A stretch of 64,000 nucleotides of DNA, from positions 32,001-96,000 of the forward strand of contig CBDFIQ010000001.1 in assembly GCA_965248195.1 (NCBI GenBank). Direction: 5' to 3'. This DNA comes from Longimicrobiales bacterium (GTDB lineage: Bacteria > Gemmatimonadota > Gemmatimonadetes > Longimicrobiales > Gaopeijiaceae). Below the pieces are notes generated by a model. The model ran no database searches. It saw nothing but the letters and a program-made list of their open reading frames with translations, and was not told the DNA's origin. Position numbers and translations under genes: made by a program. This document shows, piece after piece, positions 28,416 to 38,424 of the stretch; the stretch's first letter is position 1, and each line of letters begins with the position of its first letter.

Positions 28416-30590
28416 ATGAGCACGCACCCTTTGCCCGACACCAATCCGACGCTTCACGTCGACGAGAAGGGGGTCGCCTGGATCACGTTCGACGACCCTG
28501 AGCGGAAGGTGAACGTGCTCACGGAGCAAATACTTACACGTCTGGATGAGCAGCTCGGTGAGCTTCGGAATCTGGCGCTTCACAGCAGGGTGCACGTGGT
28601 CGTGCTTTTGAGCGGGAAGAGCGGGTTCTTCGCGGGAGCGGACCTCGCAGTAATTGAAGCCCTCGAGGACCCGGCGGAGGGCGCGGAGGGCTCCCGGTTC
28701 GGACAGCGAATCTTCCGTTCCCTGAGAGAAGTGGGCGTCCCGACCGTCGCGGCGATACACGGGATCTGCCTGGGTGGCGGGCTGGAGATGGCGCTCGCCT
28801 GCAGTCATCGCGTGGCTTCTGACGCACCCTCCACGAAGATGGGTCTGCCCGAGGTACTCCTCGGAATTCTTCCGGCGTGGGGAGGCACCACCCGGCTCCC
28901 CCGCCTGATCGGGGTCCAGGCGTCCTTGGATCTGATGCTGAGCGGGCGTCAGGTGTCGTCTTCGGCGGCGCGGCGCATGGGGCTCGTGGACGAGGTCGTA
29001 CCGGCGGATCTCTTCCGAGACAAGGTCACCGCGTTCGCAGCAGCGGCGGCCGCGAGCCCAACCAAGAGATCATCTGTGCAACGCCCTCTCCGGAAGCGCC
29101 TGATGGACGATACTGGCCTGGGCCGCCTGGCGGTCCTGGCTATCGCGAAGAAGCGGGTCATGGCGCAGACGGGTGGCCACTACCCGGCGCCCTTGAAGAT
29201 CCTCGAGGTCGTGGGCCGGAGCGCGAACAAGCGAATTGGGAAGGCCCTCGAGATCGAAGCGAGAGCCGCCGGAGAGCTCGTCGCAACCCCCGTCAGCAAG
29301 AATCTGATCCACGTCTTCCACCTCCGAGAGGAGGCACGCAAGAGGACCGGCGTCGACGACGAGACCGTCGAGCCCGGGCGGGTAGAGTACCTTGCGGTGC
29401 TCGGGGCCGGCGTCATGGGCGGCGGAATCGCGCAACTCGCCGCCTACCGGGGCGTTCACGTGCGCATGAAGGACATTCGCCACGAGGCGGTCGCGAGCGG
29501 CCTTCTGCACGCCCGGAAGCTTTTCACCGGACTGGTGAAGCGCAGAAAGCTTCGGCGCCGCGAGGCCGATCAGCGAATGACGCTCATCTCCGGTGGTCTC
29601 GGATACGACGGATTTGAGCGGCAGGACCTGGTCGTCGAGGCGGTCGTGGAAAAGATGGACATCAAGCGGATCGTCCTGAGAGAGATAGAGGATGCGGTTC
29701 GGAGAGGGTGCATCTTGGCCACGAACACATCTTCACTGTCCGTGGACGAAATGGCGTCTTCCTTGGCCCGGCCGGAAAACTTCGTGGGCATGCACTTCTT
29801 CAACCCTGTCCACCGAATGCCCCTGGTCGAAGTCGTACGCGGGGCGCGGAGCAGTGACCTCGCGGTAGCAACCACGTATGCGCTCGCACTCACACTCGGC
29901 AAAGTACCGGTGGTGACCAACGACGGACCCGGCTTCTTGGTGAATCGCATTCTGGGCCCGTACATGAACGAGGCGGGCTTTCTACTCGCGAACGGAGCCA
30001 GTATCGAAGCCGTGGACCGCGCCGCCAGGAAATTCGGAATGCCCATGGGCCCGCTGCGACTGGTGGACGAGATCGGCATCGACATCAGCCGGCACGCCGG
30101 GCAGTCGCTGTATGAAGCGCTCGGCGACCGGTTGACTCCCTCCGCGCCGCTCGTGGCGCTAGCCGACAGTGGGCGTTTGGGGAAGAAGGGGGGCCTCGGC
30201 TTCTACCGTTACGAGAACGGCAAGGAGAAGGGGTCCGATCCAGAGATTTACGCCGTCCTCTCCAGAGCCGTGCCGAAAGTTCGTGCGACTCTAGGGGAGC
30301 GCGAGATCCGTGGCCGTCTTGGCCTCGCGATGGTGAACGAGGCCGCTCGGGTTCTGGAGGAGGGCATCGTCCAACGAGCGAGTGACGTGGATCTCGGGAT
30401 GATCATGGGGACGGGATTTCCGCCTTTCCGTGGCGGCCTTCTCCGGTTCGCGGACACGATTCACACCCGGACCATCTTGAGCCGCTTGGAGGAGCTCGAG
30501 GAGCGGCACGGCGCCCGTTTCGCTCCCGCCGAACTCATTCGCCGTCTCGCCCGGGAGAACCGTGGGTTCTATGAGTCGTTCCCAAGCTGA
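28416..30590 (+). CDS. fadJ: Fatty acid oxidation complex alpha subunit (enoyl-CoA hydratase/3-hydroxyacyl-CoA dehydrogenase, FadJ-like)
   Basis: CLGGGLE, GLPEV, GAGVMGGGIA, NTSSL, GMHFFNPV, GFPPFRGG. Confidence 0.92.
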   Translation: MSTHPLPDTNPTLHVDEKGVAWITFDDPERKVNVLTEQILTRLDEQLGELRNLALHSRVHVVVLLSGKSGFFAGADLAVIEALEDPAEGAEGSRFGQRIFRSLREVGVPTVAAIHGICLGGGLEMALACSHRVASDAPSTKMGLPEVLLGILPAWGGTTRLPRLIGVQASLDLMLSGRQVSSSAARRMGLVDEVVPADLFRDKVTAFAAAAAASPTKRSSVQRPLRKRLMDDTGLGRLAVLAIAKKRVMAQTGGHYPAPLKILEVVGRSANKRIGKALEIEARAAGELVATPVSKNLIHVFHLREEARKRTGVDDETVEPGRVEYLAVLGAGVMGGGIAQLAAYRGVHVRMKDIRHEAVASGLLHARKLFTGLVKRRKLRRREADQRMTLISGGLGYDGFERQDLVVEAVVEKMDIKRIVLREIEDAVRRGCILATNTSSLSVDEMASSLARPENFVGMHFFNPVHRMPLVEVVRGARSSDLAVATTYALALTLGKVPVVTNDGPGFLVNRILGPYMNEAGFLLANGASIEAVDRAARKFGMPMGPLRLVDEIGIDISRHAGQSLYEALGDRLTPSAPLVALADSGRLGKKGGLGFYRYENGKEKGSDPEIYAVLSRAVPKVRATLGEREIRGRLGLAMVNEAARVLEEGIVQRASDVDLGMIMGTGFPPFRGGLLRFADTIHTRTILSRLEELEERHGARFAPAELIRRLARENRGFYESFPS

Positions 30591-31197
30591 AATCTGGGGG
30601 GTGATTCCCTGCTCCGGCAGTTCGACCCGGATGGGCACGCCCAAGGCGATGCTCGACGCCGGAGGACAAACGTTCATCGAACGTGTGATTCACGTACATC
30701 GAGCCGGGGGCTGCAGTCGGGTGCTCGTCGCACTCCCGACGCTGGATGGGCCGGTAGCCGCCAAGGCCGTCGAGGCGGGCGCTCAAGTTGTGGAGAACCC
30801 ATCCCCGGAGGACGGCCCAATCGGGTCACTGCGGGCGTCACTCCGGGTCCTCGATGAAACAATCGAGGGCATTTCATTTTGCCCGGTAGATCATCCCTTG
30901 ATCCACGAAGACACCGTAAAAAAACTCATCGACGTGTTTCGGCAGACCCAGGCGCCGCTGGTCGTGCCTGCCTTCAACGGCAAGCGCGGTCATCCCGTGC
31001 TCTTCAGAAGGATGCTCTTCGAGGAGCTCCTGAATGACGCCCTACCGGAGGGAGCCCGCACCGTGGTGCACAGGCATCTCGACGACACCGCGTCGGTCCC
31101 GGTCGACGATGAAGGCACCGTCATCGATATCGACGATATGACCGCGTACCGCCGTCACTGCCCCGACCCGTATCGCCTTCACGTCCAAGGCCGATGA
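30571..31197 (+). CDS. MocA/MobA-like nucleotidyltransferase
   Basis: G.STRMGTPKA, PVDHP, GKRGHPVLF, DID. Confidence 0.88.
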   Translation: MSRSQAEIWGVIPCSGSSTRMGTPKAMLDAGGQTFIERVIHVHRAGGCSRVLVALPTLDGPVAAKAVEAGAQVVENPSPEDGPIGSLRASLRVLDETIEGISFCPVDHPLIHEDTVKKLIDVFRQTQAPLVVPAFNGKRGHPVLFRRMLFEELLNDALPEGARTVVHRHLDDTASVPVDDEGTVIDIDDMTAYRRHCPDPYRLHVQGR

Positions 31198-32045
31198 CCG
31201 ATCCTGGTGACGCCCCACTCACGCCCGTGGAGGCGACGGCAGAAGTGCTCGATGCCCAGAAGGCTCGCCATCCGATTGCGCTCATGGTTGCCGTGTCCGG
31301 CGCTTCGCAGCTCGTAGGCAAGCGGGTGGTCGTCCGTCAGGCGAAGGGCGGGGCCAAACGCCTCGTGGGTTCGTTCGGCGACGCCGATCTCGACGACGGG
31401 GCGTTGGCGCTGGGCACGCAGAGGCTCGAGGACCGGAGAGTCTCCACGCAAGGTGTGCACGAGCTGAAAACGGCTTCCGGCCCGGCGATCCAGGTGTATG
31501 TCGAGGCGCATTACCCCCACCCGGAGCTGGTGATCGTCGGCGCCGGCCATATCGCACAGCCTCTGTGCTCCATGGGTGCGTTGATGGGCTTTCGCGTCAT
31601 CGTCGTGGACGATCGGCCCGACTTCGCCACCCGGGAGCGCTTCCCCGAAGCCGACCGCGTGGTCGGGGTCGATTTCAGGGATCCATTCGCGGACGTCCCC
31701 ATCCACTCGACGAGTTACGTCGTGCTGGTGACCCGGGGCCACAAGTACGACTTCGAGTGCCTGCGCCACTTGCTGAAAACCGAGGTGGAGCCACCTTACG
31801 TGGGCATGATCGGAAGCCGGCGGCGCATACGAGCGGCCTACTCACAGCTCCAAGGCGAAGGAATGCCTAAGGATCGGCTGTCCCGGGTACGTGCCCCGGT
31901 TGGTCTGGACATCGGGGCCGAGACCCCCGTTGAAATCGCCGTCGCAGTCGCGGCGGAGATCGTCCTGCAGTGGAGAGGCGGCACCGGCGCCCCTATGGCG
32001 GAACAGGAGCGTATTTTGGAACGATTCTTCAAAGGAAGCGAATGA
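31194..32045 (+). CDS. XdhC family protein (Rossmann domain)
   Basis: IVGAGHIA, VDDRPDFA, TRGH..D, YVGMIGSRR, APVGLDIGAETPVEIA. Confidence 0.92.
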   Translation: MTDPGDAPLTPVEATAEVLDAQKARHPIALMVAVSGASQLVGKRVVVRQAKGGAKRLVGSFGDADLDDGALALGTQRLEDRRVSTQGVHELKTASGPAIQVYVEAHYPHPELVIVGAGHIAQPLCSMGALMGFRVIVVDDRPDFATRERFPEADRVVGVDFRDPFADVPIHSTSYVVLVTRGHKYDFECLRHLLKTEVEPPYVGMIGSRRRIRAAYSQLQGEGMPKDRLSRVRAPVGLDIGAETPVEIAVAVAAEIVLQWRGGTGAPMAEQERILERFFKGSE

Positions 32046-32371
32046 GTAGCCATAACGATTACGACCTCTATCAATCGATCGCCGAAAAGGTCCGCGACGG
32101 CCGCACCATAGCCCTGGCGACCATCGTATCGGTGAAAGGCTCCGTCCCGAGGGGGGTGGGCGCCAAGATGCTCGTCGACCCCGGAGAGGAGCTGGTGGGC
32201 ACCGTGGGAGGCGGGTGCGGTGAGGGTGAGGTGATCGAGGCCGCGCAGGAGGTAATCCGAACCGGAGAGCCCCAGATAGTCCGGGTCGACCTGACTGAGG
32301 ATTTGCTCTCCCTGAGCCCGGCGGTGTGCGGGGGCACGATGGAGGTTTTCGTGGAAGCCATCGGCGAGTGA
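32042..32371 (+). CDS. XdhC/CoxI domain protein
   Basis: GSVPRGVGAKM, GTVGGGCGE, CGGTMEVFVE. Confidence 0.92.
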   Translation: MSSHNDYDLYQSIAEKVRDGRTIALATIVSVKGSVPRGVGAKMLVDPGEELVGTVGGGCGEGEVIEAAQEVIRTGEPQIVRVDLTEDLLSLSPAVCGGTMEVFVEAIGE

Positions 32372-32378
32372 CGGGCGA

Positions 32379-32918
32379 GTGAGAAAAGAGCGCCCACTGC
32401 TCGTCCACATTCACTACCTCCGGCCACCCGCTCGGGAGCAAATCTACACGCAGTATCTGATCTCCGAAGAAGGGGGCGTGAAGGTCACGTACGCCCACGA
32501 CTTGAAGTTCAAATCACCGATCCGGATCGCAGGGGCCGTCGTACTGGAGACCGGCTCGGAGGTGATCTGGTTCACCTTCCCCGGGGCCTGGCACGATATA
32601 GGAATCTTCCATCGTGCCGACGGCTCGGTGACAGGCACATACGCGAACATCCTGACTCCGTGCGTCTTCGAAGACGGAGGGATCTGGCGGACCACCGATC
32701 TGTTCCTGGACCTCTGGATCGATCCCAGCGGGCACCTCCTGAAGCTCGACGAGGACGAGCTGGAGGAGGCGGAGGGGAAGGGTTGGGTCGATCCGGACAC
32801 CGCCCGGCGCGCCCGGGAAGAGGTCAGGAGGTTATCCGCCCAGGCAGCAGCCGGGCTTTGGCCCCCGGAAATCGTCGGAGAATGGACCCTCGCTCGGGCC
32901 CGGGGGTTGACCGCCTAG
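32379..32918 (+). CDS. DUF402 domain protein
   Basis: YANILTP, TDLFLDLW, LDEDELEEA. Confidence 0.85.
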   Translation: MRKERPLLVHIHYLRPPAREQIYTQYLISEEGGVKVTYAHDLKFKSPIRIAGAVVLETGSEVIWFTFPGAWHDIGIFHRADGSVTGTYANILTPCVFEDGGIWRTTDLFLDLWIDPSGHLLKLDEDELEEAEGKGWVDPDTARRAREEVRRLSAQAAAGLWPPEIVGEWTLARARGLTA

Positions 32919-33109
32919 CCGGCCAACTCGGCCGTGCAGACCCGCGAGACGTCTACGTGAAGGCGCTTGAGCACTGCGGGGTCTTCCATGAGGCAGTCGA
33001 TCAACCGGTCATAGTCCGCCATCACCTCGGCCGGTATTTGGACCTCCTCGTGGTGAAACGATCCCTCATCTACCAAAAGCAGCCGGACCGTGGCCAGCTT
33101 TCCGCTCAA
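32915..33109 (-). CDS. Small hypothetical protein
   Basis: 64-aa ORF overlapping the dsbA stop; YDRLIDCLMEDP..LK. Confidence 0.7.
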   Translation of the reverse strand: MSGKLATVRLLLVDEGSFHHEEVQIPAEVMADYDRLIDCLMEDPAVLKRLHVDVSRVCTAELAG

Positions 33110-33858
33110 ATCCCGTCTCCGGAGTCCTCCTCCAGCAGGCGCTCGATAACCGTCTGGAACCCCTCGAATTCACTCCACCGAGTCACGCGAATACCCATGC
33201 CCCCGCCCCTGCTCACGAAGACCGTCGGGGTACCGCTCACGCCCAACTCAATGCCCAAGCGCATGTTGGCGCTGACGACGTCGGCGAATCGGTCACTGTC
33301 GAGACAGTTGGCGAAGTCACTCATGTCGAGACCGATCGTAGCCGCATAGTCCTCGAAGGCGTTCGTCGGCGGGCCCTGGCTGAACGACCACGTCGACTGG
33401 TGCGAGAAGAGCTGATCGTGGAAGGGCCAGAAATACTGCTCGCCCTGATCGAGCGCGCAACGCGCTCCCCGAGCCGCGAGGAAGGCATGTGGGTGTCCCG
33501 ACACGAGGGGGTAGTCGTGGAAGACGAATCGGGCGATTCCAGCGTCGACGTACGCCAAGTCGAGCTGGGGCTTTACGAACGTGGCGAACTGTTGGCAGGC
33601 CGGACACTGAAAATCGCCGAACTCCAGAATCGTGATCGGCGCGTTGGGATCCCCCCGCTCGACGCCGGTGGCCATCCCGACCAGCGTCTCGAGATCCTCC
33701 AGCTCCCCCTCCACGATGCTCACGATCGGCTGCGTCGCGGCAGATCTCAGTCCGCCCCCCAGAGCCGACCATCCGAGGGCTACGACCGCGATCACAGCCG
33801 TCGCACCCAAGACCACATAAAAAGCCTTGAGATCTCCGCTTTTCGAATCAGCCACCAT
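33106..33858 (-). CDS. DsbA family thioredoxin-fold protein
   Basis: EFGDFQCPAC, GVSGTPT, N-terminal TM segment. Confidence 0.93.
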   Translation of the reverse strand: MVADSKSGDLKAFYVVLGATAVIAVVALGWSALGGGLRSAATQPIVSIVEGELEDLETLVGMATGVERGDPNAPITILEFGDFQCPACQQFATFVKPQLDLAYVDAGIARFVFHDYPLVSGHPHAFLAARGARCALDQGEQYFWPFHDQLFSHQSTWSFSQGPPTNAFEDYAATIGLDMSDFANCLDSDRFADVVSANMRLGIELGVSGTPTVFVSRGGGMGIRVTRWSEFEGFQTVIERLLEEDSGDGI

Positions 33859-34002
33859 TCACTCCATTGCTCGATGTACGGCCCAGGGCTCGATGTACGG
33901 CCCATTGCCCAATGTAGGGCCAAATTACGGCCCTCGTACCCTTGATGTAACCCGCTACGCAGACTCTGGTAAGATGTTCCCCAAAAGTGGCTCGGTGAAG
34001 AA

Positions 34003-34686
34003 TCAGGGCAGGAGAGCCTGGATCACCGAGGCGACGTCAGAAAAATCGTCGAAAATCGCGTCGGCTCCCGTCGTCTCGAGCCGCTCTCGCGGAATCCGAC
34101 CGGTCGCCACAGCGACCGTCCTCGTACCCTCGTGCTTTCCGCATTCTACGTCTCGGGGTGTGTCACCCACGATGACGGTCGACGCCGCGGGAAAGCGTAC
34201 GCCCCAAGTCTCGAACGCCCGCTCCAGCGCGATGGCCGGCAGATGTTTACGGATCTCGTGGTCGGAGCCGTACCCGCCTATCGCAAAGAATCCGGCGAGT
34301 CCGACGGATCCGAGCTTCACCCGGGCCCCTCGGATGATGTTGCCCGTGACGAGCCCCAACGCCACGTCGGGTTCGGCGTCGAGAGCCTCGATGAGGTCCG
34401 CCACGCCTGGGAGCAGCCTCATGGGATTGTCTCTGATGCGAGCCTCGAGCTCGCCGATGTAGCGGTCCCAAAGCCCGGCCAGCCCGGCATCGACGGCAGC
34501 GTCCTCCAGCCCAGCGTCCGTCAGAAGCTCCCGGACGATCTGCGGATCAGTCTTTCCCGAGAAGTCGTGAGATTCGATCGCACCCGCGGTACCGAATGTC
34601 TCCAACATCGCCGTGTGGAAAGCGACTTTGGCCGGCCCTCCCCTAGTGAGGGTGCCGTCGATGTCGAAGAGAATGAGCGTGTGCAT
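34003..34686 (-). CDS. HAD family hydrolase
   Basis: FDIDGTL, TGN, VGDTPRD. Confidence 0.93.
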   Translation of the reverse strand: MHTLILFDIDGTLTRGGPAKVAFHTAMLETFGTAGAIESHDFSGKTDPQIVRELLTDAGLEDAAVDAGLAGLWDRYIGELEARIRDNPMRLLPGVADLIEALDAEPDVALGLVTGNIIRGARVKLGSVGLAGFFAIGGYGSDHEIRKHLPAIALERAFETWGVRFPAASTVIVGDTPRDVECGKHEGTRTVAVATGRIPRERLETTGADAIFDDFSDVASVIQALLP

Positions 34687-34689
34687 CGA

Positions 34690-35646
34690 TCAAAGATCCA
34701 CGAGGGAGGCCGGGTCCACGTTCCCGCCGCTTATGACCGCTACCACACCTCGTCCCTCCGTCTGGACAGCGCCGGTCATGAGCGCGGCCACGGTGGTGGC
34801 TCCGGAAAACTCCACCACCAATCTCTGCTGTCTGAACAGCAGCGAGGCGGCGCCGCGAATCGCGTCGTCATCCACGAGCACGACGTCATCCACGAACTCA
34901 CGGACGTGCTCGAACGTCAAGGTCCCGGCCCGCAGGGGCAGAAGGCCGTCCGCGATGGATTCACTCTGATCGAGCGTAACCGGCTCGCCGGCCTCGAGCG
35001 CCGCCTTCATGGCCGCACCGCCCGTCGGCTCCACCCCGAAGATCCGCACATCGGGCCGTAGCCGGCGCAGGGCCGCTGCGGTTCCGCTGCACAGCCCCCC
35101 ACCGCCGATGGGCACCAATACCGAATCGAACGCATCCCAATCCTCGGCGATCTCGAGCCCCACCGTTCCCTGACCCGCGATGATCCTCGGATCATCAAAG
35201 GGCGGGACCATCACGAGTTCCCGATCCTCGGCGATCGACTCTGCTTTAGCCTTTCGTTCAAGAGAGGTCGTCCCTTCCAGCACGACTTCGGCCTCCAACC
35301 GCTCCGCCCCATCCCGCTTTACCTGTGGTGACGAGCTCGGCATCACCACGACTGCCCGGGTGTCGTGCAGTCGAGCCGCCAACGCCACGGCCTGGGCATG
35401 ATTTCCGGACGAGTAGGTGATGACGCCCCTCGAGCGGACGTCGTCGGGGAGCTGCGCAACGAAGTTGTAAGCCCCGCGAAACTTGAAGGACCCCGTGCGC
35501 TGAAGAGATTCGAGCTTGAGTCGGACGTCGCCACCCAGCTCTCGGCTCAAAACGTCTGACGGATAGAGCGGCGTCCGTACAGCGACCGGACGCAGCCTCC
35601 CGTGGGCTCCCCGGATCGCCTCGAGTTCGACTAGCCCGTCACTCAC
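34690..35646 (-). CDS. Threonine/serine dehydratase (PLP)
   Basis: [30 protein letters not shown]. Confidence 0.93.
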   Translation of the reverse strand: MSDGLVELEAIRGAHGRLRPVAVRTPLYPSDVLSRELGGDVRLKLESLQRTGSFKFRGAYNFVAQLPDDVRSRGVITYSSGNHAQAVALAARLHDTRAVVVMPSSSPQVKRDGAERLEAEVVLEGTTSLERKAKAESIAEDRELVMVPPFDDPRIIAGQGTVGLEIAEDWDAFDSVLVPIGGGGLCSGTAAALRRLRPDVRIFGVEPTGGAAMKAALEAGEPVTLDQSESIADGLLPLRAGTLTFEHVREFVDDVVLVDDDAIRGAASLLFRQQRLVVEFSGATTVAALMTGAVQTEGRGVVAVISGGNVDPASLVDL

Positions 35647-38209
35647 CTTCGGTGTCTGGGTCCATCCCGACCGCATCGCCGCTACCCGAATCGACCGAGG
35701 CCCTGGCATCCTCCGCGCCGTCCGCTCCTTCACCATCGGGAGCTCCGTTGGCGTTAGCATCCGCCGGATCCTCCGGAATCACGCGAGCCACGTCCATGAC
35801 GCTATCGTTCTCGTCGAGGTTCACGAGGCGAACGCCCTGTGTCGCTCGCCCGATCACGCGGGTCTCGTCAATGCGTTGACGATTGATGATGCCGTTGCGG
35901 GTGATCACCATGAGTTGGTCCCCAGGCACCACCGACTTGATAGCGACGACCTTCCCCGTCCGCTCGGTGGTTTTCAGGTTGATCACGCCCTTCCCGCCAC
36001 GCGCCTGGAGCCGGTATGCGTCGATCTCGGAGCGCTTCCCCATCCCCGATTCGGACACCACGAGTAACGTAGCCTCGTCGCGCGCGACCACCACCATGCC
36101 GACCACACGGTCGCCCTCTGCGAGACGGATACCCCGCACCCCCTCCGCGACCCGACCCATCACACGAGCGTCCGACTCTCGAAAGCGGATCGCAAGGCCG
36201 TTCCGTGTCGCGAGGATCACCTCGTCGTCACCGCCGGTGACCTGAACATCGATGAGTTCGTCCCCCTCACGCACGTTGATCCCGATCAAGCCCACCGAGC
36301 GCACGTTTCCGTAAGCGGACAGCGCCGTTTTCTTGATCTTTCCGCCCCGGGTGCAAAAGAGGAGGTAGCGGTCGTCCGAGAACTCGCGAACCGGAACCAC
36401 CGAAGCGATCTCGTCGGAGGGATCGATGTTCAGGAGGTTCACGATCGGTTTTCCACGGGAATGCCGCCCGGACGGCGGGACCTGCCATACCTTCAACCAA
36501 TGGCACTGACCCGACCGGGTGAAGATCATCAGGTATTCGTGGGCGGACGCCACGAAGAGGTGCTCCACCCAGTCCTCGTCCTTGGTGCCCATCCCCTGGA
36601 GTCCGCGTCCTCCACGCCTCTGGGCGCGGTAGGTGTCGACCTCGGTGCGTTTCACGTACCCCTCGCGTGAGACCGTGATGACCATCTCTTCGTCCGCGAT
36701 CAGATCCTCGACCTCCAGCGAAGAGGCGTCCCCGACGATCTCGCTTCGCCGATCGTCCCCGTACTTCTTGTCGATCGCCTCGAACTCCTCGGTGATGATC
36801 TCCATCCTGCGATCTCGGCTCTCCAGGATCCCCCTGAGCTCCTCGATGGTGGCACGCAAAGCGGTGAGCTCTTCGTCGAGCTTCTCCATTTCGAGCCCGG
36901 TAAGCCGGGCCAGGCGCATGTCCAGGATCGCCTTGGCTTGTCGCTCCGACAGCTCGAAGGAATCCTGCAGACGCTCCGACGCGATCTCGGCGTCCCGCGA
37001 GCCCCGGATGAGCTTGATCACCTCGTCGATATTGTCGACGGCGATCTTGAGACCCTCGAGGATGTGTGCCCGCTCGTCGGCCTTCTTGAGATCGAAGGTC
37101 GTCCGGCGCACGACCACCACATGACGATGTTCGATGAAGTGCTCGAGCATCTGCCGGAGCGTAAGTACGCGAGGCACGCCGTCGACGAGCGCCAGCAGAA
37201 TCGTGCCGAAGGTCGACTGCATCTGCGTGTGCTTGTACAGCCGGTTCAAGACGATTTGCGGAATGGCGTCCCTCTTGAGCTCGATGACGACGCGGAGCCC
37301 GTCCCGGTCGGATTCGTCTCGCATGTCACGGATTTCAGTCAGCTTCTTGTCCCGCACGAGCTGCGCGATCTGCTCGATCATGCGGGACTTGTTGACCATG
37401 AACGGGATCTCCGTCACGACGATGCGCTCGGAGTACTCATCCAGCTCCTCGATCGTCGCACGCGCGCGCATGACGATCCGGCCTCGGCCGGTTCGGTAGG
37501 CATCCTCGATGCCCGACCGGCCACAGACGAACCCACCCGTCGGGAAGTCGGGACCCGTCACCAACTGTTCCAGCCGCTCCTGCGGAAGCTCAGGATCGGA
37601 GATCAGCGCCGTCGCGGCCGCCAGAACCTCCCGAAGGTTGTGGGGCGGAATGTTGGTGGCCATTCCCACGGCGATCCCCGAACTGCCGTTGACCAGCAGG
37701 TTCGGTACCTTCCCCGGCAGGACCGTCGGCTCCTCCAGGCGCCCATCGAAGTTGGGCGTGAAAGCAACCGTCTCCTTGTCGATGTCCTCGAGAAGCTCCA
37801 TCGCCAGGGCGGTCAGGCGGGCCTCGGTGTATCGGTATGCCGCCGCCGAATCACCGTCGATGGACCCGAAATTCCCCTGGCCGTCGACGAGGGGATAGCG
37901 CAGCGAGAACTCCTGGACCATCCGCACCATGGAATCGTACACGGCGGAGTCGCCATGGGGGTGGTACTTACCCAGTACGTCGCCGACCACCGTGGCGGAC
38001 TTCTTGTACCCCCGGCCCGAGCTCAGCCCAAGCTCGCTCATTGCGTACAGGATGCGCCGGTGAACCGGCTTCAGGCCATCGCGTACGTCGGGGAGTGCTC
38101 TTTGCACGATAACGCTCATCGAGTAGTCGATGAACGACTCGCGCATCTCGTCCTCGAGAAGGCGTTCGAGAACCTTCTCTCCGCCTAATATGAGTTCGTC
38201 GTCTGCCAT
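35639..38209 (-). CDS. gyrA: DNA gyrase subunit A
   Basis: [30 protein letters not shown], GyrA-box QRRGGRG. Confidence 0.98.
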   Translation of the reverse strand: MADDELILGGEKVLERLLEDEMRESFIDYSMSVIVQRALPDVRDGLKPVHRRILYAMSELGLSSGRGYKKSATVVGDVLGKYHPHGDSAVYDSMVRMVQEFSLRYPLVDGQGNFGSIDGDSAAAYRYTEARLTALAMELLEDIDKETVAFTPNFDGRLEEPTVLPGKVPNLLVNGSSGIAVGMATNIPPHNLREVLAAATALISDPELPQERLEQLVTGPDFPTGGFVCGRSGIEDAYRTGRGRIVMRARATIEELDEYSERIVVTEIPFMVNKSRMIEQIAQLVRDKKLTEIRDMRDESDRDGLRVVIELKRDAIPQIVLNRLYKHTQMQSTFGTILLALVDGVPRVLTLRQMLEHFIEHRHVVVVRRTTFDLKKADERAHILEGLKIAVDNIDEVIKLIRGSRDAEIASERLQDSFELSERQAKAILDMRLARLTGLEMEKLDEELTALRATIEELRGILESRDRRMEIITEEFEAIDKKYGDDRRSEIVGDASSLEVEDLIADEEMVITVSREGYVKRTEVDTYRAQRRGGRGLQGMGTKDEDWVEHLFVASAHEYLMIFTRSGQCHWLKVWQVPPSGRHSRGKPIVNLLNIDPSDEIASVVPVREFSDDRYLLFCTRGGKIKKTALSAYGNVRSVGLIGINVREGDELIDVQVTGGDDEVILATRNGLAIRFRESDARVMGRVAEGVRGIRLAEGDRVVGMVVVARDEATLLVVSESGMGKRSEIDAYRLQARGGKGVINLKTTERTGKVVAIKSVVPGDQLMVITRNGIINRQRIDETRVIGRATQGVRLVNLDENDSVMDVARVIPEDPADANANGAPDGEGADGAEDARASVDSGSGDAVGMDPDTEGE

Positions 38210-38363
38210 CAATCAGCCTTGAAAGGAAGCCGCTGCGTCAGGTGGGTGACGGTGACGCGGAAGGTGCCGGCAGTGGGAGCGTTCCCGGACGTGACGAAAC
38301 CGGTGTTCCAGAGCTCGGGGGAGCGCCTCAAAGAGACTCCGCAAAGGGGTGTCGTAACGGGGC

Positions 38364-38403
38364 TAAGTCGTTGAAAACTAACGAAAAAGAAGCCCTCGTA
38401 CAA
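38364..38403 (-). promoter_or_regulatory. gyrA promoter with adjacent IHF-like site
   Basis: TTGTAC-17 nt-TAGTTT; TTTCAACGACTTA resembles WATCAA-N4-TTR. Confidence 0.45.
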
Positions 38404-38424
38404 TCGCCGGAGAGACCGCTCGTT

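Noticed and set aside
30571..32371. Split XdhC plus MocA-like gene without a molybdoenzyme as a novel system
   Set aside because: Split XdhC genes and unlinked client enzymes are common.
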